From Phallusia mammillata (taxonomy: Eukaryota): DNA of 64,000 nucleotides. Positions 35,044-48,300 of the stretch are shown piece by piece (position 1 is the first letter of the stretch; each line of letters begins with the position of its first letter). The stretch lies in contig OZ281497.1 in NCBI GenBank assembly GCA_965637545.1, positions 12,648,001 through 12,712,000 on the forward strand, in the 5' to 3' direction. A model generated the notes under the pieces. It saw only the letters and a list, made by a program, of their open reading frames with translations, did not search any database and was not told where the DNA came from. Both the position numbers and the translations under genes were made by a program.

Positions 35044-36355
35044 TATTTGGTTTTATCTTTTATATTGTACAAAAACATTTTGTACTATTTTTCGATTCTA
35101 ACGCATATTGCACAATATAAGCTTAGTTACTTTGCCTATTTTGTGTCTAAACGTTTTTCAGAAGCAAATTTGACAATGTACTAACAAATGTGGTCGCTCT
35201 ACACCAAATGTTATGATTTAATAACAACAGGGCGAGACAATAGCCTACATTGGATATTGAGTAATGATTAACAGACAGGTATCGCATGTTAACACCCGCA
35301 TAGTTGTTGATTGTGGACGGTCGGTGATCCATCACAGTGTGACATGCAAACAAAGACGTCAAATCTGATCCGTGTTTGTTAATATGTGGGTTGGCGACTT
35401 GATGACAGGCACATTTCCGCTCTTCCACTTCTTATTCACCCGAACAGATTTGAAAAGAATATGTGCGTGCTCAGTGCGTCGAGTTTTAGATTCAAACAGC
35501 AACATTTGTTTGACAAGAATTTCCGGGACCGTGACTGTTGTCTCTTATATAAAGGTCCCTTCCGATGCTAACATATGCTTTACTAAAATACACAAATGGA
35601 GTAACGTGTGTAACGCTCACTATTTTTAACACCTTCTTATACCCAATAACTGACAACGTACCCCAGAACTTTTTAACGATTAAACGCAATTACAGTTTTC
35701 ATGGGATATCTGACAAGATTTTTTAGTTCAGAACAATTAAGTAAAAAGTTACAGAATCTTCGACGACAAACTGTGACAACCTCGCTAACAAGCATCCCAT
35801 AGTGCTTACCCCAACAAATACATATTTAGATGTATAACTCCATAAGCATGCGGGTTTTCGTTTGTGAAGAGATATATTTTATTTGAATTATGTGCAGTAA
35901 CCTTATGTCGATCAATATAGTGCAAGACGAACAACAGTAATTACAAGTAACTTTACAAAACAAGGGGTTCAAAAATGATAAAAAAATGCTCATGTAGAGC
36001 ACCGCTCCATTTAATGAGAAAAACAAATCAGGTGAAGAAAGATAAATTTCAAATACTAATAAATTTCTACAGCAGGCATGTTCACAAGTGTTCTAATCTT
36101 AAATCTCCAATGAAAAGTCTTTGATGCTTTAACAGAAAAGATTGAACACGGAAAAATACATAATCAACAGAAGAGAAACAACGCAATGTCCTTGTGCAAA
36201 AATTCGAAAGGTCCACAATGAACAAACCAACATAATCTATGCAGAGCTAAATAGGCAGGGAAGCACAATTTATTACACATTTTACACTGCATGGTTAAAT
36301 ACCAGCTAGCGCCGACGGTTATTGCAAATCAAGTCATGGTGGTCACTACTACACA

Positions 36356-39300
36356 CTACTGTCTGTGGTACTGCACGTGGTTGTGGGGATTGATGATGTT
36401 CAATCGCTGTTGCTTGCGACGTTGTTCTGTCACCTGATCTTGTAGGTCCTGCATATTTTTTAACATAGATATAAATATAAAAATCGGTAGTGTATGGAAT
36501 TATACAAAAACAATGAGCTGTCAATAACGCCAAAAAACATTTTAGTGTTTTTTTGCGGCATCCGTAGTAATTTAATTGGAGTCTTTGTAGAGGGTTATTC
36601 GGCATCGCAGCGTCATGTTTCTCATTTGAAACGAACCCGCACGCTTTTAGCATAATCAAATACCAAATCAGTTTTGTACATATTTTGACATATCCTCATG
36701 TGAATTAAAGCATAACGTGTGAAGAGTATGCACATTTTTGGCCATCTTTTACACACGTACATGTCATAAATATCTCGCAACATCACATGCAATGTTATAT
36801 GTCAGGTTTATTTGCACATACAAAGTGCATCACTTTCGTTGCCATAAACAGGGGTATATACAGCTATTTCCTATTGACTCGACATTTATAATGTATTATT
36901 TACAATTCACTGTTCACTTTGTGGTTTACTAGGTGTTGGGAGTCGGCAATTACAAAATGTAGCAATAAATATAAACTTGCCTGCAGTTGTCTGGAGAGTG
37001 TGTGGACCAAATTTGAAGTGCTGTCAAGTTGGAGAAGCAAACTCCGCATGTCGTTATTTTCCACAGCTTCATCGTCAGCGGCAAGTGACATCGCCTGCAT
37101 CCGAGGAAACCATTCCAGTTTTCCGAACTAAAAATTAAAACGAAACAAGGTAAGTTGCAAAGCTGACAACCAATATGATTGATGAATTCATTATTCATGC
37201 AGATACAAATTGCCGTCACAAAATACCATACACTCAGTTATTATTTTATCTGCAACACTTGCACCACAAAATCCGCAAAACTACCACGTACGACCCAACA
37301 AGTCAAGATGACGATTCGTGTGTGAGCATAACATAACAATAATCGCATTAGCAAAGCAGATCGGTTAAAACGCGTCGCTGCCATGAAACTCACCTTGACT
37401 TGGTTGTAGACGTAACTTTCCGGACCTGTAAACTCTGTCGAATCTTTTACTTTGACAAGCACGATAAAGTAGAGATAGTGCCACATGTTGTGTTCTTCCT
37501 TCACGTGCGTTTCGAACGACACAGTTTTGTTGTCAAATGATTTCCTTTCCAACCCTGTAGAAGATTACATAAACAATTGCCCCGTGTTACACGTATTTAT
37601 TGCAGGTGTTTTTCGTTTTTACCGACTTTTTCAACGTTTTGTTTGATTTTACCTGATAGATTTTTCAAGGTTACTCAAATTTCTGTATAGTAAATCCACT
37701 ACATCTAACCACAAGAAAAACATACCACATATGAAGCATGTGTTTTTCAAGATATCGTCCTTCTGTTGCTTCTCAGAACGCAAATCAGCAAAAGTGTCGA
37801 TAATTACACCGAAGATTAGGTTGAGAACAATAATAATGAGGATAAAGAAAAACAACAGATCGTAAACCACCCTTCCCATAAAAAGAAGACCTTCCTGTAA
37901 AAGAAATGTAACGAATGTCCACATAATGAACTTAAATAAAAATCCTAAACTTTATTGGAAAAAGAACGCGAAGTGGTAAAAATGTGTGCATCAAATTTTT
38001 TTTACAGTAAAAATTTAACCGAAGTTACTAGGGATGTGCCAAAATTGCAAATGTTCTGTTTGGTCGAGCACCGAGCATCTCACGTTAATGCTCGGTGCTC
38101 GGCCGAGCACGCTCGGTGCATTATGACGTCACAAAAAAATCCCCTTTCTACGTTTTAGCTCTGCAAGGCCTCTTACGTCACCAGCGGTGTATTAAGCTGT
38201 TACAGGCCTCAAAAGTACACGTTTTTCCACAATCTAATACATTTGAAAAATAATTTGTTTTTGTTCATAGACACCCTTTCGAACACTAGTTACCTATGTT
38301 AGCAGGGCATGAATATGCAAATTTAATGCTCGGGTCAGTTTGTGCAACTGCTCGGCCGAGCACCGAGCATAAAAAAAAAGCGATGCTCGGTACCGAGTAC
38401 TCGGGTTCTGGCTCGGCTCGGCGCATCCCTAGAAGTTATCACAATCTGCTTTTAGTTCCCAAAACAAGTGATAACAGCTCCGATATTTACTGACCGATTG
38501 TGATGGTTTTCGAAGAATGTCACCAATCCCACCACCGTTCCGCAGCCCCTCATTCAGTGTGGTAATAATGCACATGAGCAGGGATTCGCAGTGATTCTCC
38601 TCCACAGATTCGCTTCCATCACATAAATACCTTTCCAGCACCTCACTCGACACACGGGACGCGAAATCCGATGTGTTTTGTTGTGTTTCATTCACGGGAA
38701 GACTCCATAGATTTGCTACTGTGATTAAACATACAGGGTATAAGCCATGGAAAATATAGGTAGACAGCACATACATTGATCTGATTTAAAATTGGGTAGA
38801 CGAATAACTTAAAACGTTTCAAAACGGTCATATTTGCATTGAATTATAGAACTTACATTGCAAATATGTCTACAGGCTTTAAAAAAAAACAGATTAAAAT
38901 ATGGCTGGATCCACTTCAACACAGCTTGGGGGACGTTTTTCATATGGTTGCTTCCTATATTTTCTAAATTTACAAACTTGCTTGAGGTATAACTTTGTAA
39001 CTTCACTAACCGATTTTTTGAAAAAAACTTCTCTGCTGTTTGTACACACGTAAATAACAGAAAAAGCAAATTGGCGCATTCAGTTTTGACTGATTTGTCA
39101 CGGAAGTAACGTCACTACATGAAACAAGTGCTTTTGTAAACACATCGATCACGATGTTTAATCAAAGGATGCTGAAAGTTAACGTCCCAACCCGTATTGT
39201 TGCAACTTCCATCATCTTGTTGACAAACTTGTGCGTTTCGAATCTGTGTGTCCAACTTCTCCTTGAGAGCTCTCAGTTTGTCGGGGTCATCCGTTACGCA

Positions 39301-42300
39301 ACGCGGGTTCACGCTTACCTTGAAGTCTTGTTTCAGGAAGAGATAGCCGACAATGCTGCAAGGATAATAGATAAGTTAGTTATATAACAGATCCAGGGTT
39401 GTCATGAAATTAATAAAATATGAAAGCAAACGGAATACATCTCGGATCAAGCCTATCATTTTCCAAGCCATTTGGTATTTGGTCAACACAACGAACGTTT
39501 CGACAAACAAAGACACACAGCAATATGTTTTGATTCACAGTACTTGGTCGAAAACGTGATGGAAAATGTGCCCTAAAAATGCGAAACGTGCCAATGGTAC
39601 TTAATTCAGTCGCATTTTATCTCGAAGCTGGCTTCCTAATACTCACGGGCCTAACAAACGCGGTGTGCATTTACGATTTCAACAATGTCCCTGTCTAAAC
39701 GTTACAAATTGAGAGGTCAAATGCGAAAGTATTCCCATTCGACAAATGCCAAAGCTAAGGATCACGTGATCACTTGATCACGATTACTAAAGGTTGTCCG
39801 TAAATATTGTGGCGAAACGTGCACAGACGGAGTGACATTGTAAGGTGTGTCGTTATATGCAGCATGCAGATTTTATAGAAGAAGAAAGAGGGCAGAAGAA
39901 AGGTTGGCGTGGTTGGTTGTAGTGATGCAGCAAATATTGGGCAATGTTTTGGTTTTAACCCAAACTACTTCAAATACAGCCGAAATTTCTTTAACACGTG
40001 AAATCAATTCATAAAGTTTTGCGACCAGGAAATAAAATTTAACTGTCCAACTATTTAATGTACCGTGTCACGTTCTCGGTCAACAATAAGATTTTTGTGC
40101 GGCTTGTTTAACACAAAATGTGTGTGGTAGTGTCGCAAATGAGTTTATTTGCATTAGCACGCTATGACTATTTCACATCTATTAAGTTTTATGGTTCCGC
40201 TTCGGCCGAATAATCGTTTTTGGCACGAATCTTGTAAGACAGGTTCGGTGCATAGCTAGTTGAGTGTTATATACATTTTACCTGAATATGTAGACAAGTA
40301 TTAAAGCCAGCATCGCAGTGAGAAGTAGAGAACGAACATTCCTCGTTACACTTCGAATCACATTCAACAAAGTTTCCTCCCCATAAATCAAGTCGAAAAA
40401 CTGAAAACGAAATGTTTGTGTAATTATATATTGAACTAACCAATAAACATTTAAGCAAAATTTTGTTGTACTTTACACCTACAACAACATAACAAACGTA
40501 AAACTTGGTTACTATGTATATCGTGTGTAATTTCTACATCCAACCCAATAGGTGGTCGTCTTATCCCGTTTTCAAAACTGTAAAAAAACATTTCAGGATA
40601 ATATATTGCATTTACCAAAATACTGTAACACAGTTCGTCCCAGAATAATCCCATAAAACAGAACATTATGTGGAAGACGTGAAGAATGAACTGGGATTCG
40701 AACAGCATTTGAAATATTCCTTTGTCTTTCATTCCCTTATTACCGATGTAACTCAAGAGATAGATGAAACGATTCAGCAGCTGAATAAAATAAATAGGGA
40801 TTTATAAACTTGTCCATTCTTTCCCACCTGTACTAAAATGTAGTTTGACGAAATATAAAAAATAAACAGATCCATTCGTACTTATCTTAACATGGATAAG
40901 GGTATCTTACGTTTAGAACTCCAAGCATGAGAAGAGCGTTCTGCACACCAACCCAGAATATTGTTTTCACCATGACGCATAGCGCCAGACATCTGACAGC
41001 AAATGGATTTGAGATGGCAGCAAGTGAAACCAACATGATGGGCCACAACAAAAGATGGACCTTATCACTCCAAGCTAAAAGTGAGTTATATGTTGAATGC
41101 TGTAATTATGTGACACGCAAGGACGGATATTCATACACCAACCTTTGTAGTCGACAATTTTGAATGGATAAAACAAAGCCACAAGCAGGTTGACAATAAT
41201 GATGAAATTTGTTGAGATTGTGCTCCACAGCGAGATGTGACGACTGAACCAATAAAGACTCTTGAATTCTTAAAAAATAAACTTTATTGCGTAAAAATCA
41301 TAGGAAAATAATGTCAAGCCAAGCTTTTAGACCCCCTATAGTTCTTAGACGAGTTCTGCGTCAATTTCTACAAATAACTTCAACTGTATCGAGTCACACA
41401 TGAATAAATTACGTTAATACCTCTCATTTTTTTCTGCCACACCATCTCCCTGTACATATCCTCAACTTGTGAAAAGAAGTTGCCCACTTTACTTCCCTGG
41501 TCGTCTCTGTCGGTTGTGTTCCAAATTCTATCCATCGTTTCACGGGTCAAATAACTGCACACATGAGGCACGGGAAAGACAATTTGCTCCATGGTTCGGT
41601 CCGCTCGCACAATCTAGAGATTAAACTCAATATTTTATTTCGTTGGCATAAAAAAAATTAAATTGTCCCAATCTTGCACAGCTAATACAACTAAATCGAA
41701 ACAATGGCTAGAATATCGGAACTACGATTTGACTTGTTTGTACAATAGGGTTATCTTGACAAGACACCTGCCACCAGATATGACTTATCGCTTACTCATT
41801 TATCCTAAGCATGGTGGGGATTGGAATGTTTGGCAACAAACATTATGTGAAGGAAAGGTGATGGATATGCTTACCAGACAAAAAAGTGGCAAGACAATTT
41901 TGCTAACCTACACGCCGCACTTTCACGAGAACTATTCGTTTCTGTTGGGCAATAACATAAAGCGAGATGTTTCGCTGAGTCAATGCTGAATGTATAATGT
42001 CAGTAAACATTACTCCACGCTTGCAACCTATCATGCGGTAACTCGTAAACACTGCTTACAATCAATCCGTGACTCATAACGCGCTACGACGCCAACGGAA
42101 ATCCCCTCCGCAATCGAGAAAGCAAAGGAAACCGTCAACGTTTTGATTGCGTCATAACTCATAACCCCTATGACATCAGACGTACCTCGATCTGCGCGGT
42201 GTGTTTCTTGTAATACTGCAGCGCCTCTGTGCCGGAGAGTGAGTTGTCAGGTCTGAGAGCTTGTGCGAGAGCCTGGTTGTGTTTTGCGAGCTGATGAGCA

Positions 42301-45300
42301 AGGATGTAGATGTTGTGGCCGACAGCTCGTGGTGACCCGTCTCCTGTCATGTCAAGCTGCGAACTTTCCTCCGATTCCTGTTCGTTGTTTGCTGAACTTT
42401 CACCATCTGCCAACCCTTCCTCCTCCGCCATTCGTTGACCCTGCAAACAATCGTGACGTCTCAATGTTAAACAACTCTTGAGTTTTTATTGCAAACTAAA
42501 CAACCATCAAGATTTTGACAAAGAACACGTTTAAGCAAAGTTTTACTGGACAGAAACCGCCAGTTGTATGGTATATCATATATGTACCTTAAAAGATCAA
42601 TACCCACATAGAAAAGGCATTGAAAAACAATTTCACAAAACCTTGGCTAAAGTTGAGTAGTAAATTTGAGAACAAAGGTCACAAATCAAAACCTGTTTGC
42701 AAATTTATCGACATTTCACAAAATACGTGTTGGTCTGGTGGTATTACGAATTAAGTTTGACATTTATCCACTTTTGTTTCCAAACTTTTTAAAAGGCAAC
42801 CTTTGTTAATACCACAAAGCGACACCGTTGTTTTCCAAACTGAACACTCACCTTTGTGTATGCGTGCTCGATCACAGAAACCAGTTGAGTCGGGTTTATG
42901 TTGCGGAGAATTCTTTCCGCGTTTTCCGAATCGTGGCGACTTTCCATGATTGCCAGCAGAAGTTTGCTCGCATTGTTCTGAAATTATTACCACAATAAAA
43001 GCGCATTTCCTCACATGACCCACGACAAAACTATGACCATACCTTAAGTTGCATTACCAAGTCCATTCTTTGACGTCCGAGTGGATTGATGTCGTTTAAG
43101 ATAAGAGCAATAATTATGTCGATTCCGTTTGATTCGTGACTTGCAATTGCGTTCTAAAATATACAATAAAAACCGTATGGGAAAAACGCTATGGAAGTTT
43201 CACGTATGGACTGTTATAATAGTGTTCATCAAGTCGCATAATTGCAATCTAGTAACATGAATCCCTCGATTTCAGCTGCGGGTCTTTATTAAACATTCAC
43301 ACAATACGATGCTTGAGAGGGAACATTATGGCATTTGGTGTTGCAAAATGCACAAATTGACTGTTACCAATTATAAACTTTAATAATATACCTGGTTCTC
43401 GTGGCAAGGTCCTTGGCAGTATTCAGTCAAACTTTCCAATGTTTGGTTGACGAGATCGACATTGTTTTCATTGATGTATAGACCGAGCAATCCTAGACCA
43501 CCGGTCGTACTTCCACAAATACAATCCAAAAATTTCAAACCATCACAAACGAGGTTGTAACTGTTTTTGTTCGGTTGACATCTCAAGAATTTCTGCAATA
43601 CAAATTGCATTTGTCATGAGTCTACGTTTGAGAGCGTTTCAAGATAGTAAGTGTTTATGTTGGCGTTGACAAATTTGGACTATTTATTTACCCTTGCTTC
43701 CAACATTGGTAGTCAAGAAACACAACTTATGAGTAAATGCATAAACCATTTTCTCCCTTCGTTTATAAACGAATGCATACATGCATCAAATGGACAATAA
43801 GAGGTTTTCGATAAGACGAAAGGTTTATCATAAAGCAACATAACATTTTGCATTAACCTGTAACTGGGCGTTGTGGTTTTCACATAGAAGTTGAAGAAAT
43901 CGTAAGATTGGTTTCATGATGCTAATCACGGGGCTCGGCGCTCTGTCGTCATCACGCCGTTCATTTTCACCTTTCACAAATTAACAATATTTTTACGTTT
44001 TAAATCAAAAGTGACAAATAACAAAGTGGTCATCGTTATTAACTTTGATGATTTAAAACACTGCATGTACTTTTACTCCTTTAGCGCATTCGGACTCGCT
44101 ATTGCCACCACGCGGACAACTAAACGCTTAGTAACGTTCCATACATTTAATACATGTCACAAAAAATTTTCGAATCCATAGTATTTAACCCACAGTGAAT
44201 ATAATACTTACCAGCGGCAGCAACAGATTGGGCTTCAGCAGCAGATTTGCTTGCAGCATGAGGTTTCTGAACATTCTGAAATGCTCTTCTTGTTTGTTCT
44301 GCAGCATCAACCAGTTCGTCTTTTAATTCGCTTGATAACTGTTGACAAAATTAGATATTGGATTATATACATAAAGATCAAAACAAAAAAAGTATGATAA
44401 AGACACTGCAAAAAAACAAAAATGCATTGCTCCTAAAAGGGTTCTTACTAGTCCACATAAATAACAAACCATAAAATTTAATATTAAAATTATATTTTTT
44501 TTTACCTTTTTTAAACCGTCTCCTCCAATGTCCAAACCACTTCCATGTAAGCCTGAGTTGGGATCAACTGCTCTGGTTAAAAGCTCACCTGCATGCAAAT
44601 CAGTGAAAATAAATAAATGAAATAAAAATAAAAAACCTAATGCTTACCTGCATTGACAGTGGAGGAATTTTTTAGTTCAATTTGGGCTGACTCCATTTTT
44701 TCGTGAAAAACTTGGAAAAACTTTTCTGATCCCTTTTCACCAATTAACTGATTGAAGAAGGCCATCTATAGAAGCGAACAGTTAAAATTTCCATCAGAGT
44801 GCAAAACACTATTTAAAAGCTTACCTGGTTGTCATGGTTACCCCCTTCTAGAAGTGCTATTCCAAGTAAAACACTTTCATGGAATATTTTTTCACTGTAG
44901 TTGCCAATAATGAGGTTGATAACAAGGTCAGTAGCACCTTCTTTTTTCAGATGATCTTGTACTTGTTCGAGGGATAACTCTGTCCTTCGAAAAATGCTAC
45001 AAAAAAGAACCATGTTCGCAAAAAATGCATGGCAGAATATTGAGACTGAATCACTTTTAACCACGTTATGTTGCACAAAACATCTAACAGTAACAATATA
45101 ACTAAAATGATCTGCAGTTAGAACCTTGTACTGTTGTTAGAAGAAGAACTTCCACGTTGAGCCAAATCACGCAGATGAAGATAGTTTGAACCATAATATC
45201 TTGAAAGCAAAATTTGACGAAGTGCTTCACCCTACAAAACACAAAATTGCTAATCATTTTACACCATTAAGTTTTTAATTTTCGAATTATGAGCTTACCC

Positions 45301-48300
45301 TTCTCCGGTCCTCCAAACTGGTGCCACGAATCTGTGTTTCAGTTTCCTAAACATAAAAGTACAATAAGTTGAAGTTAGGCAAATATAAAATACTAAGTAT
45401 AGATGGAATCAAAATGAAGCAATAACCAGCATCTGAACATCCAACTTAACAACATTTACCAACAAAGAACAGGCAATTTAATTTTAGCTTGTCATCACCA
45501 TTCAATTCACAGTGTGTTATTAAGATGTTGTGAAAGTAAAATTTAACACATGGAATGACAAACATAAATCAATCAACATTTCAGTTGATTATATATTATC
45601 ACCACAATTCACCATAAAACATTGTACTATTTATGCTTTCAATGACATATTTTACAAATCATATTCAATCGTTGCTAAAAATATTTAAATCAAGTCCATT
45701 TTAGTCATCTTTACACGATTCCACTTCTTCAAAAACAAAGTGTTAACATATTAGTGTAGAAATAACTGTGTTAGATGGATCAGTTAGCTCTGAACATTCA
45801 GAATTTTGAAAATAAGGAAGTATCAAAGAAAATATCACATAAAGATGCAAAAGTTTTATCAGCCCTCTACAGGCCATGCAGCAGGCCACTATTTGATTTC
45901 AGAATAGATCAGGCGCCAAATACATGCATTGCATAGATATTTTAACCAGGCAAAAACACCCGTTAGTTGTATGAGAAATTTCAGCAAACACCAGCAAGTT
46001 ATATTCCATTGAGGAAATAAGGAGGCAAACATAAAAGTGCAATTAACCTCTTCCCAGATGCTGTCATTGTACACGCTATTGCTCTAAAATAAAATAGCAG
46101 AAGAAATTTATTAACTATTGATACATAGGCATTATTGTTTCACTTTAGATGTCAAATGTGCAATAGCATGGTTCACAAGACAAGAATTACAAGCGCAATT
46201 AGTTTGTTTAATTGCTATTAAACTTAAAACCATGTCAAGCTTGAAATAGTTTGTAAATCAATTTATCAGCTCTTTAGAATTGTGATTAGTGAAACAGCAT
46301 GCTAGATACAAAGCACTTTTGCTTTAAAACACGCTTAAAACATTAACTTTCATTCAGTTTTATAAACCTTGTTTGTGAAGTTGATGTGTACTGTCATCAT
46401 CTCACGAAGAGTCTGCAAAACCTTGATGCAGAGTTTTTCCTCACGATCCTCGAGCAATCTTTCGGTGTGCTTTATCAACCTTCACAAATATGGAGAATTC
46501 ATTTTCTGCCAATACTTAACCAACTGACTTCCAGAAAGTTGAAAGACAAAATTTTATTTCTACTGGGGTTTGCATCAAACTAAATCAATAAAGCTAATTT
46601 AACAAATGGCTTTCAAATCTCAAGCAACCATTTAGCAATGTTTCTTCTCAGGTTAATGGAACCTTATAATTATTGAGGTATCTAATTTGTAGTTGAACCT
46701 AACAAAAAATCAACAGATTAAAAAAATGCAAGAGTAAAAATTGCAGCAAAGTGTTTAATTAAGATTTTAAAAATATGGATTTCTTACTTGGATATAAATC
46801 CTCCACCTTCACATTGTTTTCTTGCATCTGTGTCAATTGGAAATAGGAGCTCTGGCCTGTGTAATATATCAACTAGCACTGAAAGCTCAGCTTGTACTAA
46901 TGGATGGAGTTGATTTTCCAACACAGATACAATATCCTGTAAACCTTCAATGATGTCTCTGTAACTCTGAAATAAGTTAAAAAACATACATGTTTTTTTA
47001 CACTAGTGGGTCACAGCCTTAAGTGACTCTGATTATTGCGTGAATCCAGAATAAAAATGCAGGCTAAAAAACACTTTTAACAGACAACTATATTATTATT
47101 ACTATTTAAAAAAACTACAAACCACAAGCTAGAGCAAGTAAACCTACTACTGTAGTAATGAATACACATCTAGGGCTAACTTTAACCAACACAATTAGAA
47201 TTAAGTCTTGCAATGAAGCATAGCACACAGATTTATATTTGAAAAAATACCTGCAGATAACCTATCTATTTACATTATTTTTCAATTCATAATCTATATT
47301 TTTAACAATGTAAGCTATTGTGTATCTTTGTCCAAAACATAAATAGGTGTTTTTCATGACGGAAAATGCTGCTTGACTATTAAAACAATAAAGTAGAGGT
47401 TCTTGTGTTTAAATGAGCCCAACAAATACATCTGCCACAACCACAAAACCTGAAGTGATGTTTTTTTCTCCAAAACGCGTTTGTTGTTGTGTGATCGTAT
47501 AATGTATTTTTGTAGGTTGGCAGTAAGTGGAAAAAAGTTTTACAAAAATATTCATTTTCTTAACAAAGATATGAAAAATCTTTCGTTATTAAATGACTGA
47601 ATTGCAATTAACTAGTTCAGGTCAGGGTTAGATTAGTGACAGGCAAAATGCAATTTTCATGTTGTTTGTTAAATTGACCTCTTTTGGAGTAATAGCCCGC
47701 TAGTTTTTGGTCAAGGGTACACACACTTTTTTCAGCAGTCGAGCTACTTTTAAAGTTATAGTGATCCACTCACCAAACATATGCAAAACATATATTTATT
47801 TACAAATAAACTAGTGATTCTTCACATATATACACTTGTTAAAGTACCTTGCATGATAGTTTTTGGTAGGAAGCAAGTTGGCAACCCTGGCCCTGTATAT
47901 CAATCAAGTGATAGGATTTATGATAAGCTGACATCCATTTTGTAATGTCATATGTTCTACCAATACTACAATCAACATCCTTAGCACCTCTGTTTTGGGA
48001 GGTTATGGGCATACAAAAATAACCAATCCTATTTTAAAATTGCACCACCATTAATGAAAAACTAAAACTTACAGTGATTTCAAACCACAAAAGTTCATTA
48101 CCACTTAGTAGATGTGGATTGCCATTGTTTGTTCCATTTTAGTTATCCCTAGTAGTCGAACCATGTCTCATTGTGTTATGCTTAAAATGAGTCCCACCTG
48201 ATTTGCCTCATTGCAAGTCTCTTGAATCATGTTTATTTGTTTGTTTTATCTTTGTGAGCTGGTGACAATTTAGTTAAAGCGGTCTGGTTTTACTTGGTTT

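Noticed and set aside
38040-38420. Repeated CCGAGCA units as a possible CRISPR or tandem array
   Set aside because: They are subterminal repeats of a hAT MITE with TIRs and TSD, with no repeat-spacer periodicity, in eukaryotic DNA.
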